In this document: piece after piece, positions 12,700 to 24,740 of the stretch
Layout: the number at the start of each line of letters is the position of its first letter
How positions within the stretch are numbered: the stretch's first letter is position 1
DNA from: Amphiscolops sp. MND2022
Lineage: Eukaryota
Length of the DNA stretch: 64,000 nucleotides
Direction: 5' to 3'
Assembly (NCBI GenBank): GCA_964187785.1
Contig: OZ076409.1
Span: 30,382,001 to 30,446,000, forward strand
Position numbers and translations under genes: made by a program
Notes under the pieces: generated by a model
Databases searched by the model: none
What the model saw: only the letters and a program-made list of their open reading frames with translations
What the model was told of the DNA's origin: nothing

Positions 12700-12920
12700 A
12701 AAATATTACGCTATAGCCGAATTTTTGACGTTATGTCGGAACTAAATTGCGTTTTTGGAGGCGGAGGCTCGAAAATATTGCTCAATATCCGAGTTGTAGA
12801 CCTTATAGTCGAAGTAAATAGTGTTTTACTACGTAGGAGGTTCAAAACGCTCCCATTTGGCTCAGCAAGCTATATTGGAATTTTTGACGTTGTATCTGAG
12901 GTAAATTGCGTCGTTTTACT
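12700..12920. repeat. Degenerate short tandem units (...TATA(T/G)CCGA...TTTGACGTT...AAATTGCG...)
   Basis: Three diverged copies at ~12712, ~12785 and ~12870. Similar to the arm of the palindrome at 37667. Confidence 0.5.
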
Positions 12921-13055
12921 GCAGAGGAAGGAAGGAAGTAAACTTTGCATTTATTTCAAAATTATAAACATTCATTTGAATACAGGATGATCCTCTTCGA
13001 GATCTGCTCATCAAAATACCAATTAGCGGCGAGTTTTCTATTTCAATAAGAATTT

Positions 13056-13858
13056 TTTAGTAGGCGCTTTCGTAGAAAGAGCAGTCCATAGTAGTGACTT
13101 TTTTAGGACCAACGAACTGACAGATTTTAAAAGCGGTATAAGCTATTTCTTACTTGTAACTTCTAACAATCGGATTAGAGGGAACCCAACGGTCACGGGT
13201 TCAAGACCTTGCTTCAGTTAGAAACTTTTTCGTGCATTTGAAAAACCGGACGAAAATAAGGGGTCCCTCTGCTTGACTTTTTTTCGTGAGACTTTCAAAA
13301 ATTTTTCAGTGTCTCCAAAGAGCCCCCCTTCAATTTTTTTGGCAATTTCGTATTAAATGGGATTTTCGAAAGGCCCAAATGGTCCTCCCTTTTACAATTT
13401 GCTATAATATGAGATTTTAAAGAATAATCATTTTTCGTCTTGAAATTAGGTTGTCTGAGCACGCTATATCCGAATTTTGTTTTTTTAACCGGTTTTTTCC
13501 ATGCGATTTTATTTCTAATTTGTTTTTATCAAAACCCCCTCAATTTTTTAATGAACGAAACGTTTTGCGAGCATAGAGGACTCCTTGAGGTTTTCGGCAT
13601 TAAGCGAGATTTTCTGTAGAGCAAGAGATTTTTCTGTAAAATTGGGTGATTGTTGTTGTCTCTAGTTGGGAAAAAGTAGTTTTCGAACCTTATGCGTATT
13701 CCTTGGGTTATTGGCGCTGTAATAATGATGAAAGTTTAATAAAAGTGTCCTTTTGCATATTTAAATGGTCCGTTTCCGGATGAATTTTTAACGAAAGTGT
13801 CTTTTTGCATATTCAAATGGTCCCTGCCCGTACGACTTGGTCCGTTTCCGGTTTGCTG
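13056..13858 (-). mobile_element. Diverged Helentron-like repeat, reverse copy
   Basis: GTAGTGACTTTTTTAGGACCAACGAACTGACAGATT is shared with 6371-6410. It ends CGACTTGGTCCGTTTCCGGTTTG. Confidence 0.45.
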
Positions 13859-14009
13859 TAAAGATGTATGGAAAAAATTGCAATTTACCGGATGTTTCCA
13901 AAGAGAATTTCAGAAAGTGGTTTCGAGGCGTGAATAAAAATGTTCATTCAATTCAGAGCATCCAACAACGTAATTAAAGCAGATTTTTTGATGAAGTAGT
14001 TTATTTGAT

Positions 14010-14243
14010 TTAGGCTTTAGTTGGCAATGTCACGAGTATGAGGTTAAACTTTTCCAACCATTTGTTGCAAACTCTGATGGCCTTCATAACTATTTTCTTT
14101 TTTGCGACAGCTCTACAGTAGGTTGATGGATATAGGCCTTGTTGTGCACTGCGAATTTCATTAGGGTAAATATCATTAACATTGACGAAAGTATCAAGAG
14201 GACAGTTCCCTGTAAGTTGCGAAAAAAAGACTTCACTAAGCAA
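14010..14243 (-). pseudogene. Possible very old LINE reverse transcriptase remnant
   Basis: PLDTFVNVNDI and CNKWLEKFNLIL...TK weakly resemble the PLLFxxYxNDI and WxxxNxLxLNxxKT motifs of non-LTR RTs. Confidence 0.25.
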
Positions 14244-14626
14244 CTTATTTATATGAAGTCCAGGCTGTTAGAGTTTTGTATTAGGTCAGAACTATAGATA
14301 AGCTTCCAGTATATTTTTTGAAAAAAAATAACACGGAGTATTCGTCATTCAACTGTTTCAATCAGTTTGGGGATCAATTTTGCCGCACTTCCACATACTG
14401 GCGGACCATATGAGCTGATAGACCTTGCACATGAAAGATCATCAACAGACATCCTTTAGGGTACCGATGTCTGACTTTGTTTATAAAATCGAAAAATTAA
14501 TTCAGCTTTCGTATAACATGGGCAATATGGTTGGTGAAACGTATAAAAGTGTACTATTAAGGAGGGGCAGAAGTTCAAAAATCAGCACTCTTATTTGTCC
14601 CAGTACGCTATTTGAACCTCTGACGT

Positions 14627-16205
14627 TGTGATAATCGGCTTCCCCTCTGTTTTCATTTATTATGATAGTGGCATCTAAAGTTTCATTTACGACGCCTAAA
14701 GGGGTTGTTGGTTGTCTTAATTCGTCCATATCTGAAGATGGGAAGTGATTATCCTGAATTCTGTTTTTATTGTTTTTGGTGCTTGATGCGTGTTTTTTCT
14801 TGAGATGTTTGTTCCGTAAACTTGAAGGACCAGGTTCGCAGTTCTCACCATCTTCTCCCCGTCTTGGGCTTTGTTTGCTCTAATTTCTTTCAATATTTCC
14901 TCGAATTTACTGTTAAGATGTTCTTTGATTTGTGACATTTTTGTGTTTTGTTCAGATAGCTTTTGGGAAATGACTTCTATTTCGTTGCTGACTTGTGATG
15001 GTTCCGTTAATTCACTACCTAGATTCCTGTCAAAAACATTATCAATGTTTCCGGGAACATTAGTTAAAGTTGCATTACCTTGAACGATGCTTGTTTCTGA
15101 GATGTTTTCTTCTACATCTGACGACTGAGACTCAGCTCTTCTTAGTCTCCTGTTTCTTTTATTTCCCATGATGAAAAAAGAATTTGGGTGCGAAAAACTT
15201 TGAATTTCGAAGATATTATTGGAAATGAAATTGTGGGGATTATCTTTACAGAAAAGAAACTGCAAGGTTTGAGAAATGTGTGGTTGTTTGATCAATTGAG
15301 TGACTGTATTGTGTGGATGTCTTTTTCGAAAGAATGTGTGGATATCTCATACAAGGGGTCTCTCTCCAAGTAATTTTATTGGGTGTTATTTTCAGTAGCA
15401 TGACCAGCATTTTTACCTAAATCATCATAACGTCATGTTTCTAGGGTCAAAAGTTAAAAATAATCCATTACATCACATCCCTAGAAAGTCTAAATATAGA
15501 TCAATAAGAAATGCGAATCACTGAGAAATATTATGCAAATTATGCTGATTATCGTCACAATCCTGCATATACTGTTTCATGAAAACCGCATAATGCAGTA
15601 TAATTAGCTAGCAACGCTGTATGAGTATTTATGCTGTTTTCAAGTCAAATCATCATGCTGTTTCTACTTTATTTCCGCATATGCTGTTTCCTCAGAATTT
15701 CCGCATATGCTGTTTTAGTGTTACTACCGCATATGCTGCATTATAGAAACCGCATAAAGCAGTATAATTTGCGTTCATAAGCACGTATAAATGTATTAGG
15801 ATGCTTTTTAATCAAACCGTCATACTGTTTTCAGACAATATACACATAACTATGTTAAAGCGTTCTACATATGTATAGATTCTCAAACACTTTAACGATA
15901 TTAAAAACAGGGATTCAGCTCCAGATCACATACCTGGAATATTACTCTTTTTGGTTTTCATTTGATCATTGCACCTTTTTCTAGGTGAAAGAAACTTCAG
16001 CAACAATTACCATCGTTTAGATGGAAACAAATCAAATTAACAAAACGAACAAAATGACAAAATTGTTTTGAAACAATCATTAAGTTTCGAATGTTTGTTA
16101 TTCCTTTTCTCTGGGTATAACTTGTCGGCATTGTTGGTGATGAGAGGCACTGTCTGCTTCAGCGGTGTTGCACTCCGGACATCTCGCACGGGTAGGCCTG
16201 CGACA
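14627..16205 (-). mobile_element. Gypsy LTR (~1.58 kb) with Gag-leader ORF
   Basis: TGTGATA...CCTGCGACA termini. The minus-strand ORF MGNKRNRRLRRAESQS...NENRGEADYH ends at the LTR edge. There is no TSD match, so this is probably a 3' LTR with a short internal stub. Confidence 0.7.
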
Positions 16206-16239
16206 GTCCCGCGTTCTTGAAGCAGATCAGCGCCGCTGA

Positions 16240-16243
<4 letters not shown>

Positions 16244-16275
<32 letters not shown>
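16244..16275. repeat. (AT)n microsatellite
   Basis: About 16 AT units. Confidence 0.95.
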
Positions 16276-16284
<9 letters not shown>

Positions 16285-17286
16285 ATGAACGAAATAACAT
16301 TCTAGTTGTGTTTTATAAAACAGAGTATCGTTTCGTTTCGTTTGATAAGTTCCTTGAAAGGCACGTACATGACTAGGGTAAACGTTCACTACTGATACTG
16401 CATTTTATTGGCGGTGTCAACGTCATCAAAGCACTTTAGGATTTTACCTTAATCGGGCTGAGGAAAATACATCGACTAAGTATGAACAGCAATAAGTACC
16501 AATATCACAAATATCCTAATGGCATTAGAAATATGTGTCAACATCTTTAACCATGCGCCTGGGCACGTAAAGAAATGCATATCCGGTTAAATATTACAAT
16601 ATACTGATTTCATGTTTTAACCTTAGTGTCAAATTGGTCAAAACTGGACCATATGCGAGAACGAACATATCGCTTATTACAAATGATCCAAGGACCGACA
16701 CAGCCAAGATAGCATCTCCAAATAATAAATCATTACTTGGTAGTCCTTATTCACAGTAATACACAAAAGAAAGCAACTTAAGTACTTTTTGGGCAGGCCT
16801 TTATTCTTATTAGTAAAGTAGCTCACTACACGGGATTAAAATAATAGATGGCCGAAATCGGCCATTTTACTGGTGTTAATTTATGTATCAGCTCTATTGC
16901 GCAACTCGGCCGTAACCACTTCATATTAATAGAACTCTAAAACAACACTGAAAGTACTGAACCGTGATTGGTTAAATTAGCACTGGTAGGCAATGCTGCT
17001 GAGAAATGACGTTTCCGAATTTGAACACGTTTCCTGTCTACTGCTTTTAGCATTCATCTCATCTTTGTAATTCCCAATCTTTGAAATAATTTTACAGTGA
17101 ACTTCATTAAGTATCAACGGGTAACAGACTTATAATATAACTATAGCGACAGTGTTTCCAAAATGACTCAACAGGTAAAATTGATTAGCTATGAGATTTC
17201 ACTAGGTTTGTATTTCAATAAACGGGGAGCGTTCCAGGCGCTATTTCCTGACCATATGTGGTTGCGGTTGTCCTCGTGCCATCACA
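16274..17286 (-). mobile_element. Partial 3' LTR of giant Gypsy element C
   Basis: Collinear similarity to 35075-35698 and 36640-37647, for example GTCAACGTCATCAAAGCACTTTAGG and TTAGTGTCAAATTGGTCAAAA. Confidence 0.8.
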
Positions 17287-18759
17287 CACGCGGATACCCT
17301 CGTGGTTACCCTCGTGCCGGTGTTAAGAAGAGAAACGAACCTGCATTCAGACCACTTTCATAGGCCTTCCTTCTGCGTTTCGTCACTTGTTCCGGTTTGT
17401 CCCTTGGTGTCAACCTTTCCATGTAGAAATCCACATTTTCTTCCTTGATAGCATCAACAGAACGGCCACAAACTAAACCACCCCGTGTAAAGGGTCTCGC
17501 TTATATTCTGATAGGGTCTTGTATTCTGTATCTGGTAATTGGCCCTAAAGTCTTAGTTTTAAGTCAATTCGATTAGAGTTTCTTTCGACGGCCCTCTCTC
17601 GTGAGGCGGTGGAGACATGGGCGAATCAGCGACTGGATTTTTCGTTTTGCACAATTGAATTCATTGCAATGCGTTCTCCTTCTTAGGGGCAGAGCACAAT
17701 CTTTCATCGAAATAACTTGGCCTCAATTTGGGAGTGACATCATTGTGCATGGTAGTGCTTGGGCCAGCCACCATTTCTTCCTCTTCTTCTTCGACGGTCA
17801 TTTTTCTGCCGCCGGTCAGCATGGGCTTGCACAAACCTCTCTCTCAATTCTTTTGATCAATTGTTCAGTGTCCGTTGAAATATAAATTACAGACTAGCCA
17901 GATAGATCAGAATCCAAATTGTTTCTGTCAAACAATCTTCCAGATGAGTTGTCTTTCTGCACTATGATTTTCTTTGCATTTTTGAAACTTCAAGGAGCAA
18001 TCAGGAACCTGCTGATGTTTCTGAAGCAAGCTGAATCGGGCTTTTCCCGGCAATTTGAATTTGTCTGTTTACCACTTGGCAATTTGCCCTGAGTCAGCCT
18101 AAATTTTTCAGAAAGGATATTACTCCCATTGTCGGTCTCTTTGAATATCAATTGTTTATCGGTCATCAACATCCACTTCGAGAGGGGTGTAAGGAGATTT
18201 AAATTGTTATTGTCGACCAATTTTAACTCACAAAGGTAATTAACCGCTCTGTTCGGGTGATTAACGGCACGCGCCGCAAAATTTCTAGAGATAGTTTCAA
18301 CCAATAGAATTCGCTTGCTGATAAAACGAAAAATTAAAAATGAAATGGCGGAAAATAATAACTCAAAATAATTCAAAATGGCTAATTCTAACTAGTAGAT
18401 AATGAAGGTTAACGGAACGAAACGATAAACCGAACCAAGGTAAAATGGTTACACTGACCTTAATATTCAATTGAGTTGTAAATAGAGAAGTAATCTTTGT
18501 ACATTTCGCTAGCAGACTCCATGTACATTTTAAATATGTAAACAGTGTTATATTCTAGACTTTTAGGATAAAACAGTTTACTAAAGTATCACTTTTCTAT
18601 GGCTCAACGTATAGCATAGTACAAAATAACATAAAGTGATATAGCACAGTTTTATATCTAATGTTTCTTGTTTAACAATACTAGCAGGTATTGTCTTTGA
18701 CCGAAACTCAGTAGAGGTTAACTGTCTAAGTTGGTAACTGGCGGATGAACCGTATAACA

Positions 18760-18773
18760 TGTCCTCCTCTCTC
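18760..18773 (-). promoter_or_regulatory. Polypurine tract of element B
   Basis: Minus-strand GAGAGAGGAGGACA directly before the 3' LTR. Confidence 0.8.
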
Positions 18774-18999
18774 GGACTTCTTTAGTATTGTGCTGAAGGG
18801 CCGGGTGGTGTCATGTCGCCCTGGAGAAAATCCTGTGGCTTCTGCATCAATTCCGGCAGCGGTTGAGAGGTGCATTTTGTACGGCTCCAACGGGGTCCTG
18901 TAACATCAATGTTTTAGTCAATTACAAAAGTTTCTTTGGTATGGCACACTACCGTATCTATGCGGTTTGTTCAGTTTTCGGTTTGACCGCTTAATATTT

Positions 19000-21900
19000 A
19001 GTTTTGAATTCTCACCCTGAGGCACTTCTCCGTCAGAATGCAAATGCAGGGTATCGTTCTGGGGATCGGTCCGGGTTGGTTCGTATCTTCCGTTTCTCTC
19101 CGACGTATCCTATACTGTTCCAGCTTCTACCGGCAGCTCTTCTTCTTCGTCGTCAACATCATCATCTTCCGAATCGGTTTCGGTGCGCTTTTTGTTCTGG
19201 ATTATTCCAAGCTTGCGTTCAAGATGTCGCGTAGGATCTCGTCCCACTTCCCGTACTTGCCATCTAGTCTTCTCAGGCAACGACGGTTTTTTGATGTGAT
19301 TTCCGCTGATACTGCGGGTACCGTCTCTATTCGGTCTCTTTTCTTGCGCTGAAACAGAGGTCCCGACATTAGTTCACGTTGTATAATTTTCCGGTGTCTG
19401 TTTTTACGGTATTATCAGTCCCGCTTATTGCGATTTGCTTTCTTGATCGAAATGCTCCTTTTAGGGATTTTCCGTTGTGTCTCTTTTCAACAAAGTTGAA
19501 AGGATATCTATCCGGTATCTTTGTCTTCGGTGACTTCATCTCTGAGGCCAGTTGCCGTTTCTCGGTCTTGGTACGGACCATCACTATATAATTGGTTATT
19601 TCTCCTTCGGCATCCCTTCCGACATAAATCGGTATTTTCGGCTTGATAGGTGCTAAATTGGACAATTCTGATCAATCTGATAAAAAGGATTTCCCGTCTT
19701 TTATTATCTTTGTTAGTTCCGTTCTTGGTTTTCTATCGTGATTTAGGTCAAATGGCGTTTTTCTCAGTCCCGTTTGTACTGTAAATCGCATCACTTTTAA
19801 TGCTCGGTTTACGCTTTCGGTTAAATTATTTCCGTCTTCCGTATTTGCTAATAGTAAATTCTTTATGGTTTGTATTGCTCTTTCTACTGTACCGTTCCCG
19901 GTGTGCATTCGTGGTGGGCGGTTTTGAATTTCTATATTCCGGGATTTACAAAATTGTTTGTATTTGGTTGATATGAATGCTCCCCTTTTATCAGATTTTA
20001 TCCTCTCTGGGATTCCGTAGAAATTGAAACATTTTTTTAGAAAATTTAAAACATTTTTTGGCTCGGCTGTTTCTCACATATTTGCTGTCAGCCATTTGCT
20101 AAACCGATCTACTGCGATTTGTATTTGAGGTTCTCCGTTTAATTCTTTATTATGTAATTTTCCAGTAAAATCTATTTGTAGATCTTGTCCCAGTTCGGTT
20201 AACTTTTCTGATTTTCAATGTTGGTTTTTTTTGGAATTTGGTATTCAAGGTTCTTACCTGTGACGAGGCATGCGGTACAATCTTTGACTTTTTGCTCGAA
20301 TTCTTTCCACATCTCCGGCCACCAGAAGCGTTTTGCGTCTGATAACATTTTTGTTGTGCCTGCATGACCGAAATGTAGTCATTCAGTCAGTTTCAATCAG
20401 TCTTCTTCTCAGATTAATTGGTACAGCAATCTGGTTGTTTACCAATACTAGTCCCCACCGGCTGGATAATTTGTCAAAGACCAGTCTGTACCCTTCCGGG
20501 GACGTGTCTCTTTCCTCTCTCCACATGCTTGTCAGCTCCGGGTCAATTGCCGTTTTCGAAATAAGGGTTTTTAAATCCAACATAAAATTTAATTCAGCCT
20601 TCTGTTTTCGATGAGTTTCTTAATTTCGGTCAGTTTCCAACTATGTGATTTATCTGTAAATAGTGTGCCTATTTTCCGTCAGTGTGGTATTTGCTCAAGT
20701 CGACGATCGGTAGGTTGTCGCCCCGGATAATGACACTGTCTTTTTCGGTATTCACCGTATTTTTGTCCGCTTGTACTTCTCTTTCTTCCGGAGCTTCCGG
20801 TTTTTATTCTTCTTTGATGATTTCTATCGGTTGATAGCCCCACCTATCCGGTTAGTACGGTGTGTGAGTTCGGCATCGATTTAGGCAATTTCTTCCCGAC
20901 TTCTTTTATTCGGTCTAGACGGTGCCAATGTCTAGACGATCTTTGGGATTGTGGGTCGTATCTTCTGCACTTAGTCCCTGGTCTGGCCAGCATTTCTCTC
21001 CGTTCCACCAGTCTTCGGGTCTCCAGGCTTTTATTTTTTTTCGGATGATTTCCATTATCTCCCGGGAGGCTCCCCAATGGTAGAGATTTTCACAGTTCCT
21101 TTCGTTTAGACTGTTTTTTACGGTGTTATTATCAGACTGATCGGATGTAGTGTTCTCGTTTGTGTTAAAATTGTTCACGTGATTTTTGTTCTGGAATGTT
21201 GTATTTGTTTGCGATTGGTTCTTCTCTCGCTCAGTTTCATTCCAACTCCGCCTTCGTTTCTTCTTGGTTTCTACTGTTCTTGTTTTTGATTGGCTGTCGA
21301 ATAAACAACCGTATTTCACATACAATTCGGCGTGTTCCCTTAAGATGTTGATTACGTATTGTTCATCGTATTTGTCTTCTATCGCGACTCCCTGTACCGG
21401 ACTTCTGCTGAGAAAAGTGGTACATTTTAAGTTTTTGCCGGCGAAATGTTGAACTGCGAAATCGAATTGTGCTAATCTATCTTGTCACCTTGGGCTATTT
21501 TGTTGGTTGCTTCAGTTGCGTTTTGTTAGTGGTTCTAGTGCTTGGTGGTCTGTATATAGATGTACTTTCTTTTCGTAAAGATAAAATCGGAAGATTTGCA
21601 TTCCCCAAACTACTTTTAGCAACTCGAGTTCACCGATGGAGTAGTTCTTTTCGGTATCGTACACGTTCTACTACCGAATGCGATCGGTTTTATATCTTCC
21701 GCTATCTTGTTTCTGCCAAAGTGTGATTCCGAATCCGGTTTTACTTGCGTCTGTTGTGACCAGATTTCCTCTGTCTTTTGCATAATGCCCCAAGCATAGT
21801 TTTTCGGTTAGCATCCGTTTTTTTGTATAAAATCTTCTTCTTGGTCATTCTGCCATTTCCATGTTTTGTTCTTTTTCAGCAGCTTTTTGAGTCTGTCAGT

Positions 21901-24063
21901 TTTCTCCGATTGTTTCGATAAGAAATTTGCTAGGTACTGGATTGCACTGATGAATGATTTCAGTTCTTTTGTGTTGTTTGGTGGATTCATTTTCAATATT
22001 GCTTCCACTGTTTCTTCATTCCGTTTTATTCCGTTCTCATCAATTTGGTGTCCAGCCATTTAGTTTGTTTCATAATGAATTCTGACTTTCTTTTACTTGC
22101 TCGGTATCCGGCGTTTTCAAGTTTGTTTAGGACATCGAATAATTTTTTCTCGTGTTCTTGTCTCTGACCCCGTGTTACGATTATTATGTCATCAAGCCAT
22201 GCCGGTGTACAATATGCTAACGTAGGGTCAATTTTTCCTTGAAATACTGTGGGTATGTCGACGAGTCCGTAAAACCCTTTTTCGAACTGGTAGTATCCGC
22301 TGAATTTAGCTCAGGTAATTGCGAATACACATTGTCGGCTTGTTTCCTTTGATAGTTTCTTTTGTCTGTATGCGTAGTCTAGAACAATTTTTGAAAAAAA
22401 ATAGTTGGGTTTTTTGGTCTTGGGTGATTTCTACCGATATTTGGTTCAATAGCTCCTCCAAGTTCGGCATATGCAGTTTCCATTTAATACAACTATCATT
22501 TAATTTTTGGGAGTCAAGTGCTATCTTTGCCGATTTGTCATTTTTTATTGTTTTTACCACTGGTCACACAAAGCAATCTTCATCCACATTGTTCACCTTT
22601 TCGATGTGCCCGGTTTTTATCAATCTCTCCATATCTCTCCCTACGTTTTCTTGAACGTGTAGGGGAATTGGTCGAGTTTTTTGTTCTGGTGCATAATGTC
22701 CGAGTTTCAGCTGTATGTTTATTTCGGTCTCTTTTTTTGTTTTGTTGTTCTTGAATAGGTCCGGGAATTTGTTTATTATTCTTTTTTTTCTGATTGGTTG
22801 GTTTTGGCCAATTGAATTCTCCCGATAGCTAGTCTAAACTTTTTCATCCAGTCCATTCCCAAGAAGTGGAATTAAATCCGTTCTTTCGGTAATCAAAATT
22901 TCCATTTTCTGTTTGTTGTTTTCGTATTATATGTTCAACGGTATTTTTCCTCGGAATTTCACTTCGTTTTTATGGATCTCTTGGTATCGATTTGTTGTTT
23001 TGTTTATTTCGGTTTGGTTCACTATTCGCTCGTCAAACGGCATTGTCGTTACTGGAGATCCAGTGTCAATTATAAACTCTTTTTGTATCCCGTTTCTTTT
23101 TATTTTCGCTGTGTAGTGTTTCAATTTTGCTTCAATGTTCTTTATTTCTTCTTTATGGTGTATCATTTCATCCAATACGCTGAGGGATTTGTTTGTTTCA
23201 ATTGCTGTTTCTTCGGTAAGATTTTTCACTTTCCTGTTGTTTTTTAATTTTTGTCGGCATGCCGTTGCGTAGTGTCCCTTTCTTACGCAGTTGTTACAGT
23301 TCGAATCTAATGCGGGACATTTATGTAGTGGGCTCCTGTTCGGGCGATTGCAAAATCTACATGGTCGTGTTCCGGTAATTTTTGTTTTTGATCTGGTACC
23401 GAATTTCTCAATTCGTTGTATTGGTTCTTCTTTGATTAGTTGATTTCTTTTGTTGTGATCAAATCTTCGGGTATTGTATTCTTTTTTTCTCATTTGTGGT
23501 TTGCTTTACCAATTCAATCGCTTTCTTCTTATCGAAGGTTTTTTTTTCATAAATTTGTCCCATAATTTTTTCATCGGTGATTGCCGTCATGTATTTTGAA
23601 ATCATTAGTTCTTCGGGTGATATGGTATTAAAGTTGCATTCTTTTTCGATGTCGATTATTCTTCTCCACAATTCTTCCGGTGTTTCATTTTCTGATTGTT
23701 TGGCCCAGAAGAAATCTCCGCGGTTGTGGTATGTATTACGTTTCGGTAAGCAGTGTTCGATGTATACCCGGATTAAATCTTTTATTTTCATACTGTCCGG
23801 ATCCGTTTTGTATTCGACTTGGGTTATTTGGTAAAGGGATTCAGGTCTCACTCCCCAATTGAAATCTTCTTGGACTGCCGTTTCCTTCGTGGTCCAATTG
23901 GTGTCCGTAATGTCTTCTCCTTCCAGTAGTGGTGTAATGTCGATTTTATGTTCCCGTTTCGTAAACTGCCGGAATTTTTCCAAACACTGTCTCGGTGGAA
24001 AAAATTGTGTTTCCATCCAATGCTTTGGCTTCTAAGTTTGGTACAATGTTTTTTTTCTGCATG
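19000..24063 (-). pseudogene. gag-pol of element B, with many stops and frameshifts
   Basis: Tandem zinc knuckles CRFC...HKC and CNNCVRKGHYATAC, protease IIDTGSPVT, RT (AWLDDIII by hand at ~22180-22203; GHQIDENGI), and integrase HTGNGTVERAIQTIK. Confidence 0.9.
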
Positions 24064-24094
24064 GTTGCGGTTTAAGAAGTTTCGGTTCGTTTAA

Positions 24095-24113
24095 AATCTT
24101 GCTTACTGTGCCA
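24095..24113 (-). promoter_or_regulatory. Primer binding site of element B (tRNA-Ser-like)
   Basis: TGGCACAGTAAGCAAGATT abuts the 5' LTR and resembles the complement of tRNA-Ser 3' ends, allowing for G>A decay. Confidence 0.6.
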
Positions 24114-24347
24114 TGTTGTATTCTAGACTTTTAGGATGAAACAGTGTACCAAAATAACTTTTTTCTATGGCTCAACGTATAGCATAGTACAAATTAACAT
24201 AAAGTGATATAGCATAGTTTTATATCAAATGTTCTAGCAGGTATTGTCTATGACCGAAACTCGGTAGAGGTTAACTGTCTAATTTGGTAACTGACGGATG
24301 AACCGTATAACAAATAGTTTCCACAAAATTTAAATCTGATAATTTCG

Positions 24348-24682
24348 TCAGCCGCGAACTCCAATTCCTAATTTCCAGTTACATTATCCATTTCCAAATC
24401 CATTATCACTAGCATTCTACATTTGTAATTCCATTTATTTCAATTGTCTTCGACTTTCGTTGCTGACTCTTCTTCCTCTCTGGGTCGATCCAGTATCTTC
24501 CTTCTCCAGCCGATCTTCAGCCGCGAACTCCAATTCCTAATTTCCAGTTACATTATCCATTTCCAAATCCATTATCACTAGCATTCTACATTTGTAATTC
24601 CATTTATTTCAATTGTCTTCGACTTTCGTTGCTGACTCTTCTTCCTCTCTGGGTCGATCCAGTATCTTCCTTCTCCAGCCGA
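24348..24682. repeat. Direct tandem duplication, 169-bp period
   Basis: TCAGCCGCGAACTCCAATTCC occurs at 24348 and 24517, and the copies look identical. Confidence 0.95.
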
Positions 24683-24740
24683 CCTCGGCCAGTTTCTATC
24701 ACTATCAGGACTGTTGCTCAACCGCCGACAATTCACCAGC

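Larger units (their letters stand above)
18546..24312 (-). mobile_element. Complete but decayed Ty3/Gypsy element B (Mag-like, ~5.8 kb), nested in element C
   Basis: LTRs at 18546-18759 and 24114-24312 (TGTT...AACA), TSD AACAG/AATAG with one mismatch, a PBS and a PPT, and gag-PR-RT-RH-IN order. Confidence 0.92.

Noticed and set aside
14627..16205. Solo LTR call
   Set aside because: The flanks GACGT and GTCCC do not form a TSD.
16037..16389. ORFs with IYIYIY runs
   Set aside because: They are translations of the AT microsatellite.
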